A DNA stretch of 63,922 bases, filler included, from an uncultured bacterium (GTDB lineage Bacteria > Hinthialibacterota > Hinthialibacteria > Hinthialibacterales > Hinthialibacteraceae), in assembly GCA_964449065.1 (NCBI GenBank). It is 3 parts of 3 records of this genome, joined end to end, with 100 filler letters (N's around TTAATTAATTAA, not from the genome) between each part and the next. Parts side by side here need not be neighbours in the genome. Positions count along the whole stretch, not along the records: positions 23,253 to 46,399 come from CAYVAZ010000035.1; positions 46,500 to 63,922 come from CAYVAZ010000072.1; 1 more part is not named here. One strand, given 5' to 3'. The position numbers and the translations under genes were made by a program. The notes beneath the pieces were generated by a model, which saw nothing but the letters and a program-made list of their open reading frames with translations, ran no database searches and was not told the origin of the DNA. The stretch's first letter is position 1. The number at the start of each line of letters is the position of its first letter. Positions 44,301 to 54,970 of the stretch are shown here, one piece after another.

Positions 44301-46259
44301 TTTGGAAAATCGGAACCGATCATTAAGTTTGAAAATCTCGAAACGGTTTCGAAAGGGCGCAAACTGTTGGTAATACGTGAAGGCGGCTCCATTATCCTAA
44401 CCAACACTCGCGGCAAAGAATACGCCCGCTTTCCCAACATTCCGGTCGGAGCGTTGCTGCATGTCAAAGAAGAAGACCGCATTTCCAGCGGTACCAAAAT
44501 CGCCGAATGGAATCCACTGCAAGTGCCGGTCATTGCCAAACAAGACGGCAAAGTTTCGTTCGATCTCAAGTTGAAAGATCTTGAGAAGCACGAAGATCAC
44601 TACATCATACCGCGCAGTATAGATAACGAAGTTTTGACCGTGTCCAAAGGGGGAGATTCCATATCGTATGACTTGCAGCCCGGTCACCACCTGCTGGTCA
44701 AAAACGGCGACGAAGTCAAATCCGGTGACGTGATCGCCTATCATACAACCCCAACCATCGCGCGGTCCGAGGGGAAAGTACGCTACAAAGATATCGTAGA
44801 CAGCGTGACGCTCCGCCGTGTGCTTGATCCGGTCACCAACAACTTAAAATCGGTGATCACCGATTACACCGGAGACAAAACACCGCGCATCGTCATCGTG
44901 GACCGCAACGAAGATGTGTTGGAAGAACACACCTTACCGCCCGGCTCCGTTCTCAAAATCGAAAACGACGCGGATATCCTCAGCGGCATGATCATCGCCC
45001 ACACCGAACAATTGGTGGATGAATTTAGAATGCTCTCGGCCGGGATTCCATTGGGGGCCACCGTATTTATTCCCGAAGGGGAAGCCATACACCGCAATGG
45101 AAAAGACATTCTCGACGCCAAAAAGAAACCGGCCAATGTGATCGCCCGTTGGGACCCTTACTTCAAAGCCGAAATCGCGGCTGCCGATGGCAAAGCCAAA
45201 TTCGATCAAATTATTGAAGGGGTTACCATGCGGCGCACCCGTCCCGATGGCGGCAATCGATCGCAGATGATCATTATGGAACACCGCGAAGACAAACAGC
45301 CATCCATCCTCATTCAAAAGAAAGGCAAAGAGGATGAATACCATTCCCTTCCCTCCGGAGCACACATCACAGCCAACGACGGGGAAGAAATTAAAGCCGG
45401 TGATATCCTCGCTAAAATCCCGAAAGAAACCTTTAAATCGCGGGACGTGACCGGCGGTCTGCCGCGGATTGAGGAACTCTTTGAAGCCCGTCGTCCGAAA
45501 CAAAAAGATTTGGCGGTTATCGCCACCGTAGACGGATGGATCAAAATCCCCAAGCCGGAAGAAATTACGGATGAAATCGGAGCGATGGTCGGTAAAAAAC
45601 GCAAACGGGGCACCCGGATCATCCTAATTACCGACAAAAACGGCGAAGTCCTTACCGCCAACGAAATCGACGCCGGTAAGCACGTGATTGTCAGCGACGG
45701 CGATTGGATTTCGGCCGGGAACAAACTCGTTGACGGCTCTATTGACACACATGAATATCTTGAAATCATGGGAGAACGTGCCACCCAAGAATATCTCGTC
45801 AATGAAATTCAAGAGGTTTACCGGTTGCAGGGTGTGGGCATTAACGATAAACACATCGAAATCATCGTACGCCAAATGATGCGCAAAGTCACCATTACCG
45901 ATGCCGGCGATACCCGCTTCCTGCTTGAAGACGATGTTGACCGTCACCAGGTGCGCATGGAAAACGACCGGGTACTCGAACAAGGGGGGAAACCAGCACA
46001 ATTTAAACCAAAACTGCTGGGAATCACCAAAGCCTCTTTGGGAACCGAATCGTTCATTTCCGCGGCATCCTTCCAAGAGACCACCCGCGTGCTCACCTCC
46101 GCGGCCATCGCTGGAAAGAGCGATTATCTGTTAGGACTCAAAGAGAACGTCATCATGGGACACTTAATCCCCGCCGGTACCGGATGGGATCATCACTTCG
46201 AATACTACAAAACCCTGCTTGACCGCGAGAACCTTGGTATGGTTGAAAGTCTAAAATAA
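41316..46259 (+). CDS. rpoC: DNA-directed RNA polymerase subunit beta-prime
   Basis: Zn finger, [44 protein letters not shown]. Confidence 0.99.
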   Translation: MWKSLQTPAAKRREDEIRDINRVRSIKITLASPDQIRSWSYGEVKNPETIDYKTYKPKPDGLFCERIFGPTRDYECACGKFKGIKHRGVVCDRCGVEVTQSKVRRSRIGSIELEMPVAHIWFSKSVPSRMATLLDMSIKVLERVLYYEEYIVLDPGPTGLNKMDVLSEREFAHYREEYGGEFRVGMGAEAIKEVLKDLDLDALAQEMRNTIRDAKSKQKIKKSIKRLKVIEDFRHSDNRTEWMIMEVLPVLPPDLRPLVPLDGGRFATSDLNDLYRRVINRNNRLRRLKEVRAPEVIIRNEKRMLQESVDALLDNGRRGRPVKGSNNRPLKSMSDMLKGKQGRFRQNLLGKRVDYSGRSVIVCGPELKFHECGLPKKMALELFEPFIIRRLEELDEVTTIRSAKRKIERGDPEVFDVLEEVIQDHPVLLNRAPTLHRMGIQAFQPRLVEGKAIHLHPLTCTAFNADFDGDQMAVHLPLSKEAQAECRNYMLSTNNILSPSSGEAIATPSQDIVLGLYYLTKVRKRISGSQPKRFTSETEAVIAYDHNFVELQDEIEVRIEEAGRIRTTIGRILFNQVLPKALRFINETQKKKSLSKLVSVCYQKCGKDACIQFLDDMKALGYYHAKKSGTSISLSHMIVPKDKEDLLNDARKDVQLVTEQFEKGAITDIERYNKVIDRWIHTTEAVADSMMKELEEDNEGFNPVYIMADSGARGSRQQIRQLAGMRGLMSKPMKKLTGGIGEIIESPIESNFKEGLTVLEYFISTHGARKGLADTALKTAEAGYLTRRLVDVAQDVIITEDDCGTLLGLEVSAIKEGDHIIESIEDRVIGRHASNDIYNPLNGNLIVKAGELIEEEAAAAIGRCGIETTYIRSVVACESPRGVCSKCYGRDLARREPVNIGQAVGIIAAQSIGEPGTQLTLRTFHIGGTTSRILEESELRVRMNDDGIAGLRDGETGIMKYINLKLVTNRQKELVAINNLGKPYLLRSSIVCPDSFGKSEPIIKFENLETVSKGRKLLVIREGGSIILTNTRGKEYARFPNIPVGALLHVKEEDRISSGTKIAEWNPLQVPVIAKQDGKVSFDLKLKDLEKHEDHYIIPRSIDNEVLTVSKGGDSISYDLQPGHHLLVKNGDEVKSGDVIAYHTTPTIARSEGKVRYKDIVDSVTLRRVLDPVTNNLKSVITDYTGDKTPRIVIVDRNEDVLEEHTLPPGSVLKIENDADILSGMIIAHTEQLVDEFRMLSAGIPLGATVFIPEGEAIHRNGKDILDAKKKPANVIARWDPYFKAEIAAADGKAKFDQIIEGVTMRRTRPDGGNRSQMIIMEHREDKQPSILIQKKGKEDEYHSLPSGAHITANDGEEIKAGDILAKIPKETFKSRDVTGGLPRIEELFEARRPKQKDLAVIATVDGWIKIPKPEEITDEIGAMVGKKRKRGTRIILITDKNGEVLTANEIDAGKHVIVSDGDWISAGNKLVDGSIDTHEYLEIMGERATQEYLVNEIQEVYRLQGVGINDKHIEIIVRQMMRKVTITDAGDTRFLLEDDVDRHQVRMENDRVLEQGGKPAQFKPKLLGITKASLGTESFISAASFQETTRVLTSAAIAGKSDYLLGLKENVIMGHLIPAGTGWDHHFEYYKTLLDRENLGMVESLK

Positions 46260-46285
46260 ACCGAGTGACGCAAACGCCACCCCCC

Positions 46286-46316
46286 AAAGGCGGTGCCGAT
46301 CGGCACCGCCTTTTTT
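46286..46316 (+). terminator. Rho-independent terminator of rpoBC
   Basis: GGCGGTGCC-GATC-GGCACCGCC followed by TTTTTT. Confidence 0.92.
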
Positions 46317-46399
46317 ACGCGGGAGGTAACAGGTCAGCGATATAAAGTGCATATTCAAAAATTCGAATCGATTTTCTTATTCCTCCCCCAATGCAATGG

Positions 46400-46499
46400 N
46401 NNNNNNNNNNNNNNNNNNNNNNNNNNNNNNNNNNNNNNNNNNNTTAATTAATTAANNNNNNNNNNNNNNNNNNNNNNNNNNNNNNNNNNNNNNNNNNNN
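46400..46499. other. Artificial contig-join spacer
   Basis: 100 nt of N with central TTAATTAATTAA. Confidence 0.97.
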
Positions 46500-46590
46500 G
46501 CCGATGTTCCTCTTTTATGGAGGAATCACACAGAATTTATTTGAATCTGTATTACGTTATTATTTAATTTTAAAGAGAAGTATGTCCATG

Positions 46591-46709
46591 CCAAAGCAAT
46601 TCAGGTTTGCGTAGATAGAAAGAGATCGTCTTTGATCCCCCTCTACCCCCCCTTAAAAAGAGGAGGAAACAAAGACAGAGTCAGTCTATCCAACTCTGAA
46701 ATGCGCTAG
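46591..46709. mobile_element. Degenerate MITE-like element (second family)
   Basis: Imperfect terminal IR (GCAATTCAG...TAGA / TCTA...CTGAAATGCGCTAG), inner GTCTTTG/CAAAGAC IR, core GATCCCCCTCTACCCCCCCTTAAAAAGAGGAGG. Confidence 0.55.
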
Positions 46710-46831
46710 AAGTATCGCATTTCGGTAGGTTATCTTCCGTTAATATTATCCACGATAAACTATGTTTTACCAATGGCTTAAATCCTAAAATGACAGACAC
46801 TACCCATTACAACATATCACGCGTTGAGAAC

Positions 46832-47314
46832 TTAACCTATTTGTGATTTTGCGATTGGTTCTTCCGGGCAATCGCATTTGTCGGAGAGACGTTTGGTGAA
46901 GGTAACGATATTGCGGTTGTTTTCGCGTTTATAATCCAAGTGATCCATAAACTCGCGCATAATATAGCGGCCTAAACCACCCGGTTTGCGGTCGCAAAGT
47001 TTGGCTTCAAAATCGGGTGTCGTGGGTTTGGTTTGGTCAAATTGAACTCCTTCATCTTCTATGGTGATCGTAAAATATTCACCGTCACAATCCCATTTCA
47101 CCCAAATCTTTCCATTGTCTTCATTTTTGTACCCGTAAGAGGCAATATTGGTGCAGGCTTCATCGATAGAAACTTCAAGTTTCCAAATACAGCGTTCATC
47201 CATACCGAATTGGCGGGCGGCATCTGTGACGGTTTCACAAATGGCGGGCAGGTTTTCTAAAGAAGCGTTAAAAACCATCGTATTTGAATTTGCTGTGTTG
47301 GAAGTGATGCTCAT
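46832..47314 (-). CDS. RsbW-like anti-sigma factor / HATPase_c protein
   Basis: EACTNIASYGY, IEDEGVQFD, GGLGRYIMREFMD. Confidence 0.88.
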   Translation of the reverse strand: MSITSNTANSNTMVFNASLENLPAICETVTDAARQFGMDERCIWKLEVSIDEACTNIASYGYKNEDNGKIWVKWDCDGEYFTITIEDEGVQFDQTKPTTPDFEAKLCDRKPGGLGRYIMREFMDHLDYKRENNRNIVTFTKRLSDKCDCPEEPIAKSQIG

Positions 47315-47595
47315 ATTATCCCCCAATCGATTAAAATCTATTGCAAAAACCCGGGATATCGTAACAGAAATTTTCTGTTTCCCTACTGATATTATACCAC
47401 AAAAAATTTATTTTGACGAAAAGTTTGGATAAAAATTCCCTTCCAGAATACCATAAAACAACCCGGCAATCTCCACAAACTCACGTACATACTTAGAATT
47501 TTATCAAACCATTATCGGAACCAATTCAATAATAGTAATTGAAAAAGAGTCAAATAGTCAAGAAATATTTTCTGAGGAGGATATCCTGCATCCAG

Positions 47596-49416
47596 TTAAT
47601 CAACTGGATAAAATTTCCATTCCGGATACCCATCCGCTTCTAATTCCCGATTCATCAACTTTGCCCGGATTAAAACAATGGGAATTTCATTTTGTTGTAA
47701 AATCGCGTCATGAAACTCAGTATCGCTCATTTCGCCGGTGTCGACCAATTCTTTGCGCAGGGCACGGATTTGCAATCCGCCCAACATATAGGCGCATTGG
47801 TAAAGTGGACTATAGTTCCCCGCGATGTACCGGCGAACTTCACTCGTTGCCGCATCCAACTCATGCCCTACCCTCTCCACCAAGAAGGCAATCATTTCTT
47901 GCGGCGTCATATCGTGTAGATGAAATTTCAAAGACACCATAATTCGCGCGCAGCGGTGCATCCGCCAAAACAGCATCCCCATGCGGTCTTCCGGGCCGCG
48001 CGGGTAATCCAAATCCCACAACAGCATTTCCCAATACAGCGCCCATCCTTCCACATAAAACGGTGTCCAAAACTGCTGCCGCTGCGGGTTATAGCGGTCA
48101 GCCATAAACTTTTGCAAATGGTGTCCGGGGATCAATTCATGCGGAACAACAATACGCGAAAAGTGAATGTTGTTTCCGCGCATACTCATGCGTTTGGTTT
48201 CGGGGTCCATATCCAGCGTCGGGTAACCTACCCCCATATACTGCCCGCCATAAAACGCATACGGAAGCGTTTTTTGTATCTGGCTGGATGACATTTCCAA
48301 CCGCCAGGTTTCCCGGCACAGTTTGGGGATGGTCACCAAATCGCGTTCTTCGATAAACTGAATTGCTTCTTCCGCCTGGCGGTATACCAATTGATCCATC
48401 TCACCGGGGGGAACATGCAATCCTTTGACATGCTCCAATGCGGCATGCCAGTCATCTTCATACCCCAGTTCCCGGCTGGCTTTCAGCAATTCTTGTTCGC
48501 ACCAAGCGAATTCTTGGTTGGCAATCTCAATCAATTCTTCAGGGGTATATGAAATCATCTCATGGCGCAAATCCACCAGCAATCTGTCTCTGCCGATCGG
48601 ATCGCCGATTAGGGGCGGGTCTTCCCCTTCTTGATGTTCCAAAATATCTTCACGTAAAAATTCCTGATAATCATTCAGTGCATCCTGGGTATCTTGATAC
48701 ACATTATGCACCCACCAATGGAAGGCGGGATGATATGTGTCATAATGCTCAAACCAACCTTCTAATGTTCCTTCAATCCGATTCAATTCTTGTAAGGCAC
48801 GATTCGCAATCACTTTCGTTGTCGTGACGGAATCAATTCGCACCGGTTTCTCCTCTCCCCGCTCAAAAGCGCGTTCCTGTTCATCTTCACTCTCTTCATC
48901 ATTCCGCGGGGATGTCAAGCCCTTTTTCAATTGCTGCTGAATGGTTTCAATTTGCTTGATCATCTTTGTGAGAGCCTTCGCTGTTTCTTCTGGATCGATT
49001 TCCACCGCGTCCCATCGCGCCCGTTCCAACGCCAAAACATCGTGAGCAAATGGAAGCAGCAAGCGGGTATCTTTATCAAGTTTCGTTTGAAATTCATACT
49101 GTTGTTTGCTATACCACAGGTGATTTATAAAAAGCAGGTAATCAATCTTTCCCGATTGATTTAATTCTTCAAATCCAATCTCTTCTAACCGGCCTTCCCA
49201 ATCCGTATGAAATCTTTGGATACGCTCCAATTTGTGTTGCGATAGAGGCAGCCGGTAAAACCGGTTGAGTGATTCATAATCCTGCTCATACCGCCGCAAC
49301 ATTTGCTCAAGATTCGAATCCGTCATTCCATCCAATCCATCGTTGGCAAGGGATTGCAATGCACTCAAAAACACAAGTCCTATGATGAATACAGGCAATA
49401 AGAGATCGTTCTTCAT
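47596..49416 (-). CDS. DUF885 family secreted protein (putative metallopeptidase)
   Basis: HELIPGHHLQ, EGWALYWE, R-x-ARI, EVRRY, YMLG. Confidence 0.88.
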   Translation of the reverse strand: MKNDLLLPVFIIGLVFLSALQSLANDGLDGMTDSNLEQMLRRYEQDYESLNRFYRLPLSQHKLERIQRFHTDWEGRLEEIGFEELNQSGKIDYLLFINHLWYSKQQYEFQTKLDKDTRLLLPFAHDVLALERARWDAVEIDPEETAKALTKMIKQIETIQQQLKKGLTSPRNDEESEDEQERAFERGEEKPVRIDSVTTTKVIANRALQELNRIEGTLEGWFEHYDTYHPAFHWWVHNVYQDTQDALNDYQEFLREDILEHQEGEDPPLIGDPIGRDRLLVDLRHEMISYTPEELIEIANQEFAWCEQELLKASRELGYEDDWHAALEHVKGLHVPPGEMDQLVYRQAEEAIQFIEERDLVTIPKLCRETWRLEMSSSQIQKTLPYAFYGGQYMGVGYPTLDMDPETKRMSMRGNNIHFSRIVVPHELIPGHHLQKFMADRYNPQRQQFWTPFYVEGWALYWEMLLWDLDYPRGPEDRMGMLFWRMHRCARIMVSLKFHLHDMTPQEMIAFLVERVGHELDAATSEVRRYIAGNYSPLYQCAYMLGGLQIRALRKELVDTGEMSDTEFHDAILQQNEIPIVLIRAKLMNRELEADGYPEWKFYPVD

Positions 49417-49574
49417 TGAAACACCTTTTTATATGAAATCCATGATTCCTAACCTTAATGTAAATTCCAACGGGTTCAAAGTGCCATACTTTGGCGTCTT
49501 GGCGTTTAATCCTGTTCCGGTATTGGTATACTTAGATTTTTCTGGATCAACCATTCCAATTTCAGGACAACACA

Positions 49575-51170
49575 ATGGCTCAAGATAAAACAGGCATGGT
49601 CGCATTGATCATCCGCGACGGGTGGGGGATCAATCCGAATCCCGACGCGGAGAAAACCGGCGACGCGACCAAATTCGCAAGAACTCCAATTGAAGATATG
49701 CTGAAAGAAACCTATCCCACCGCAACCCTGCAAGCCGCCGAAGAGGCGGTCGGGGTTCCCGCGGGCCAGATGGGAAATTCGGAAGTAGGCCACTTGAACT
49801 TAGGCGCCGGGCGAATTGTACAACAGGATATCAACCGCATTACGCTTTCCATCCACGACCGCAGTTTTTTTGAGAATACGAAAATCGTAAAGATCATGCA
49901 TTCCGTCAAATCAAACGCGTCCACGCTTCATTTGATGGGACTCTGTTCCGATGGAGGGGTGCACAGCCATATCGATCATCTCACCGCCTTGATTGAAATG
50001 GCCAAAAAACAAGGCGTGCAAAATGTCTTGATCCACATGATCACAGACGGCCGCGATACCTCACCGACCAACGGGGTGAAGTATGCGGCGCAAATTGAAG
50101 AAGCCTGCAAGAAACACGGCACCGGAAAAATCGCCACCGTGATCGGCCGGTACTACATTATGGACCGGGACAAGCGGTGGGAACGTACCTTTATGGGCTA
50201 TGACGCAATCGTAAACGGCGTTGGAGAATTGGCACCCGATGCCCAAACCGCGATCCGGACATCCTATGATAATGAAGTCACCGATGAATTTATCAAACCC
50301 GTCATCATAGCCGGGACGCAAGATGAAACCAAAGCCTGCACCATGAATGATGGCGATGGCGTAATCTTCTTCAACTTTCGCCGCGACCGTACACGCCAAA
50401 TCACTTCAATGTTGATGGATGATGCCTTCGCGGAACACGAAAGGCCGAACCGTCCCAAATTGGAATTTTTATGCATGACCGAATACGATGAAAGCTATAA
50501 CCTGCCCGTCGCCTTTCCTCCACAAACCATGACGGAACTGTTTGGCCAAGTGCTGGCAAAACACGGCAAAACGCAATTGCGCTCGGCAGAGACGGAAAAA
50601 TATCCCCACGTGACCTTCTTCTTTAACGGCGGTCTCGAAGAACCCAACCAGGGTGAAGACCGCTACATGCAGCCTTCGCCCAAAGTCGCCACCTACGATT
50701 TGCAGCCGGAAATGAGCGCGTATGAGTTGACCGAAAACGTCATCGAGCGGATAAAAGAGAATCAATACGATGTTTTGATTCTGAATTTCGCCAATCCGGA
50801 TATGGTAGGACACACCGGAGACATCAAAGCCGTTACCAAAGCGGTTGAAGTCACGGATGAATGCGTGGGCAAAGTACTGAACTGTCTGGATTCCATCAAC
50901 GGACGCGCCCTTGTCACTGCCGACCATGGCAATGCCGAACACATGATCGATGAAAACGGCGGCCCCCAGACAGCGCACACGACCAACTTGGTCCATGCCT
51001 TCTATTACGGGAAAGACCACGAAAACTGGAAACTGAATTCAGGCAAATTGGCCGATGTCGCGCCCACACTATTAATGCTGTTGGATATTCCACAGCCGAA
51101 TGAAATGACCGGCCAGTGTTTGCTGGAAGCGAAATCTGAAAGATCAAGCACAAAAGAAAGTTCTATATGA
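49575..51170 (+). CDS. gpmI: 2,3-bisphosphoglycerate-independent phosphoglycerate mutase
   Basis: DGWG, GQMGNSEVGH, DGGVHSH, DGRDT, AETEKYPHVT, NPDMVGH, TADHGN. Confidence 0.97.
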   Translation: MAQDKTGMVALIIRDGWGINPNPDAEKTGDATKFARTPIEDMLKETYPTATLQAAEEAVGVPAGQMGNSEVGHLNLGAGRIVQQDINRITLSIHDRSFFENTKIVKIMHSVKSNASTLHLMGLCSDGGVHSHIDHLTALIEMAKKQGVQNVLIHMITDGRDTSPTNGVKYAAQIEEACKKHGTGKIATVIGRYYIMDRDKRWERTFMGYDAIVNGVGELAPDAQTAIRTSYDNEVTDEFIKPVIIAGTQDETKACTMNDGDGVIFFNFRRDRTRQITSMLMDDAFAEHERPNRPKLEFLCMTEYDESYNLPVAFPPQTMTELFGQVLAKHGKTQLRSAETEKYPHVTFFFNGGLEEPNQGEDRYMQPSPKVATYDLQPEMSAYELTENVIERIKENQYDVLILNFANPDMVGHTGDIKAVTKAVEVTDECVGKVLNCLDSINGRALVTADHGNAEHMIDENGGPQTAHTTNLVHAFYYGKDHENWKLNSGKLADVAPTLLMLLDIPQPNEMTGQCLLEAKSERSSTKESSI

Positions 51171-52438
51171 AAACAGAATCCGCACGCATTCATCTGCCGC
51201 AGCGCCGTGTCAACCGTACGGTGTTGGACAATGGCACAACGTTGCTGTACTCTCCCAATGCAAACAATCACATCGTTGCCATCCGCGTCCTATCGAAGTT
51301 GGGATCGAAACATGAGCCGGAAGACCGCGCCGGACAGGCGAATTTAACTATGCGAATGCTCTCTGCCGGAACAAAACTGCATTCCGAAGAACAAATCGCT
51401 CTGTTGTTAGAACGCAACGGTGCCCATTACAACGCCGAAGCGGGGAAAGATTCCAACGCGATAGATCTACTGACCACCACCCACTTTCTCGAAGAGGATT
51501 TACAAACCGTATTGGAGTTGATTAATTCCCCCACGTTCCCATCCGGTAAATTAGAACGCGAACGGGATATTGTCCGCATGAGCATAAAAGAACAAGAAGA
51601 TTCATTGCTGAACTTCACGGTTCGAATTTTTCGCAAACACTTTTACGGTTCTCACCCCTACTCGTGGGCCAATATCGGCCTGCCGGAAAGTTTAGACTCG
51701 ATTCAACAAAGCCACCTCCAACACTTCGCATCGGCATCGTTTGATCCGTCTCAAATGATTGTATCGGTTGTCGGTGGAAGCGACCTTCTACAAACGGAAT
51801 CGCGAATCAAATCCGTATTCTCAGAACGAACGGGACGAACCGCGGAAATCCCTCCTTCACCGGAAAACGCCTCGCTTGCGATAGCAGAAGATACGGACGT
51901 CAGCGTCAAACGCGGGTCCGAGTCGGAGTATCTAATCTTGGGATATCCCGCTCCCGGAGTGACATCGAACGATGCCGTCGTGTTTCGGATGATCAGCTCA
52001 ATATTGGGTGGATCAATGGACTCGCGCTTGTTCCGTGAAATCCGAGATAAGCGGGGATTGTGCTACCAAATTGGTACCAGTTATTCGCCCCATCACGATC
52101 TATCCCCATTTATGATTTATATTGTGTTGACTCCGCAAAACCGCGAAGTCGCCATTCGGTGTGCCGAAGCAGAAATGGAACGTCTTAAAACCGAACCGGT
52201 CAGTGAAGAAGAACTGGAACGGGTAAAAACGTACGTCTGCGGCACATATATGATGGCGCTGGAAACGAACATGGGACAAGCCGCCCGCTTTGCCTCGTAT
52301 GAAAACGCCGGTCTAGGCTGGGAAATGGCCAATACCTTTCCACGTGAAGTAACCGCAATAACCCAAGAGCAAATCATGGAAGCCGCCCGACTGTATTTCA
52401 CCAAACGTCTGCTAACCGTCACTTCCCCCTTAGGGTAA
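51167..52438 (+). CDS. M16 (pitrilysin) family peptidase, non-catalytic-type subunit
   Basis: LDNG, LGGSMDSRLFREIRDKRGLCY; HxxEH replaced by ANLTMRML. Confidence 0.88.
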   Translation: MKTESARIHLPQRRVNRTVLDNGTTLLYSPNANNHIVAIRVLSKLGSKHEPEDRAGQANLTMRMLSAGTKLHSEEQIALLLERNGAHYNAEAGKDSNAIDLLTTTHFLEEDLQTVLELINSPTFPSGKLERERDIVRMSIKEQEDSLLNFTVRIFRKHFYGSHPYSWANIGLPESLDSIQQSHLQHFASASFDPSQMIVSVVGGSDLLQTESRIKSVFSERTGRTAEIPPSPENASLAIAEDTDVSVKRGSESEYLILGYPAPGVTSNDAVVFRMISSILGGSMDSRLFREIRDKRGLCYQIGTSYSPHHDLSPFMIYIVLTPQNREVAIRCAEAEMERLKTEPVSEEELERVKTYVCGTYMMALETNMGQAARFASYENAGLGWEMANTFPREVTAITQEQIMEAARLYFTKRLLTVTSPLG

Positions 52439-52514
52439 AATTGTGTTACTTCTCAAATAATCAATCGTCTTATCCATCAACCATTCAGTTACGAACCGGG
52501 AAAGGATTGGGTAT

Positions 52515-53156
52515 ATGTACAAACAAGTATTCATCAATTGTGTATTCCTTTTGGGAATCCTCATCACTACGAGCAGCGCGTTTGCGAAGGAAAAATGGAT
52601 TGATTTAATTTTCGAGAATACCCTGCTGGGCTGGAAAGCCTATGAGCACCCGGATTCTTTTGCCATCATAGACAGCGTGATCATTTGTCATGGCGAGCGT
52701 TCCCATTTGTATTATATGGGTCCGATTGAAAATCACGAATTTAAAAACTTTGAATTCAAAGCCACCGTCATGACGGAACCGGGTTCGAATTCCGGCATCT
52801 ACTTCCATACCTTCCCCCAAGAAAAAGGCTGGCCGAAAAAAGGCTATGAAGTACAAATCAATAACTCTAGCCCGGATGAAAAACGCATGACCGGCAGTTT
52901 GTACAGAATTGTGGACGTGTTAAAAACAGATGTGAAAGACAACGAGTGGTTTGATATCCACATTATTGTGGATGGCAAAAAAGTAGAAGTCTATGTAGAT
53001 GATGAACCGGTGGTGCACTTTATCGAACCGACTCCCCCATCGCCGCCAGAAGATCTCCCACGACGAAAACTGGCCTCAGGAACATTCGCCCTCCAAGCAC
53101 ATGACCCCGATAGCAAGGTCTACTTTAAAGACATCAAAGTGAAAATCTTGGACTAG
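52515..53156 (+). CDS. DUF1080 (3-keto-disaccharide hydrolase-like) secreted protein
   Basis: NSGIYF, GYEVQI, TGSLY, GTFALQAH, FKDIKVK. Confidence 0.9.
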   Translation: MYKQVFINCVFLLGILITTSSAFAKEKWIDLIFENTLLGWKAYEHPDSFAIIDSVIICHGERSHLYYMGPIENHEFKNFEFKATVMTEPGSNSGIYFHTFPQEKGWPKKGYEVQINNSSPDEKRMTGSLYRIVDVLKTDVKDNEWFDIHIIVDGKKVEVYVDDEPVVHFIEPTPPSPPEDLPRRKLASGTFALQAHDPDSKVYFKDIKVKILD

Positions 53157-53180
53157 ACGTTTTGATGATAACAAGTCGTT

Positions 53181-53217
53181 AAGGAGTATTTGATTTACGT
53201 CAAATACTCCTTTTTTG
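53181..53217 (+). terminator. Rho-independent terminator
   Basis: AAGGAGTATTTGA...TCAAATACTCCTT followed by a T-run. Confidence 0.8.
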
Positions 53218-53460
53218 ATTGAAAATTTTAACGCGTTCCTTAAATTCCAATATAAATTTTATCAGTCCAATATAGCCAGATAGCTAATGGCAACACCTCT
53301 TTCCAGATAACGTACCGCAATCCGATAATTTCTACACAATTTTGGGAAATAACAATAAACATGTAAATAAAATACATTAATATATTGACAACAAATAAAT
53401 CATTGGTACTCTATAAATATGTTTTATATACTAATCATAATATCAACATTGTAACAAAGA

Positions 53461-53873
53461 ATGTGCCATAAAAACAGAAAGGGGATTTACACTCATCGAA
53501 CTGCTTATCGCCGTAGCCATAATCGGAATACTTGCAGCGATTGCCGTTCCCAATTTTTTACACGCACAATTGAGAGCCAATATCAGCGCTTCGTACGGAG
53601 ATATGAAAGCGATGGGGACAGCCATCGAAATGTACGCAATCGGTTGCATGGGTAAAAGAAGCCCAAGGTGGCAAAATTCCTCCCTTTCTTGCGTTTAATC
53701 AGAAACATTGGGGCAATTGGGTATTGGTAGCCTGCGGTCCGGATAAGGATAGAAAAGATATCTCCGGTTTGTTGGGAGACGAAGTGCAAAATGGATTTTA
53801 CGATGTAACCAACGGTATCGATTCAAACGGTGATATTTTTCATTCGCAAAACATACCGGTAGCCGCACCCTAA
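53461..53873 (+). pseudogene. Prepilin-type protein pseudogene
   Basis: MCHKNRK, frameshift in the G4 run, GFTLIELLIAVAIIGILAAIAVPNFLHAQLRA..., stop, then WVLVACGPD...YDVTNGIDSNGDIF; the central LTTP block is missing. Confidence 0.85.
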
Positions 53874-53915
53874 AACAACGAAACTGCAACATTCACCATC
53901 AAAGGAGATGATAAA

Positions 53916-54752
53916 ATGGCAAGCAACACCATGGACAAAAAAATGAACAATACAAATCAATGCGATCAAAGCACGCGTTCTTTCGAGAAAATGCCAGGAC
54001 ACTGGGTGCTGGCAAAATTGGGAAAACGCGTTCTGCGCCCAGGGGGTATTCAACTCACGGACAGGATGCTGGAAAGTCTGTTTATCCAACCCAGTGATCA
54101 TGTGGTGGAATTCGCACCCGGTTTAGGAATGACAGCGCAAAAAACCGTAGCAAAACATCCCGCTAGTTATACCGCCATTGAACGTGATTGTGTAGCAGCC
54201 GAGCAGGTCAAGCAAGCCATTGGAGCCAATAAAAACTACAAATGCCTGATAGCTAGTGCTGAAGAATGCGGCTTGGATGACGAACAGGCAACCGTTGTCT
54301 ACGGTGAAGCTATGTTGACCATGCAAACAGAGGCCAATAAACGCAAAATCATCAGTGAAGCGCACCGTATTTTAAAAGATGGCGGACGCTATGGGGTACA
54401 CGAAATTGCGTTGCAGCCTGCTGATATTAGTGAAACGAAGCGGCAAGAAATCCGGGAGGATTTATCCCGCGTGATTCACCACGGCGTTAATCCGCTAACT
54501 CTGCATGATTGGCAAGCCTTATTTGAAAGCGAAGGCTTTCAGGTAAAACAAGAAGAAACCGCCCCGATGGCACTCTTGGAATTATCTCGAATGATTCGGG
54601 ATGAAGGACTGTTTCGAGTATTCAAAATATGGACACGTTTGCTGCTCAATTCATCCGCCCGTAAACGGGTAAGTTCCATGCGCAGCGTGTTCCATACACA
54701 CCAAAACCACATGCAGGCTTTTGTGATGGTGCTTGAAAAACAAGAGAGATAA
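53916..54752 (+). CDS. Class I SAM-dependent methyltransferase
   Basis: GHWVLAKLGKRVLRPGG, VVEFAPGLG, GEAMLTMQ, GGRYGVHE; AGGAG RBS. Confidence 0.88.
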   Translation: MASNTMDKKMNNTNQCDQSTRSFEKMPGHWVLAKLGKRVLRPGGIQLTDRMLESLFIQPSDHVVEFAPGLGMTAQKTVAKHPASYTAIERDCVAAEQVKQAIGANKNYKCLIASAEECGLDDEQATVVYGEAMLTMQTEANKRKIISEAHRILKDGGRYGVHEIALQPADISETKRQEIREDLSRVIHHGVNPLTLHDWQALFESEGFQVKQEETAPMALLELSRMIRDEGLFRVFKIWTRLLLNSSARKRVSSMRSVFHTHQNHMQAFVMVLEKQER

Positions 54753-54970
54753 AATTTGGTTCCAACCTGTTTTTGTTATTGAAAAGGTGCGTTTTGTACC
54801 CTTTTATACGAATTCTTTTTAGGATTGGGAAGAACGAAAACCGCTACGTATTTCGTTCGCTGAGGCTTATTGCCGCGCTTACTCTACAATCCGAAATGGA
54901 TGCGGTATTATGATTTGCAGACGTTATTTTTGATTATGTTATGTATAGTAAGCCCACCACTCATCACTCA

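Noticed and set aside
51167..52438. M16 peptidase lacking HxxEH as a novelty
   Set aside because: Non-catalytic M16B subunits are well known
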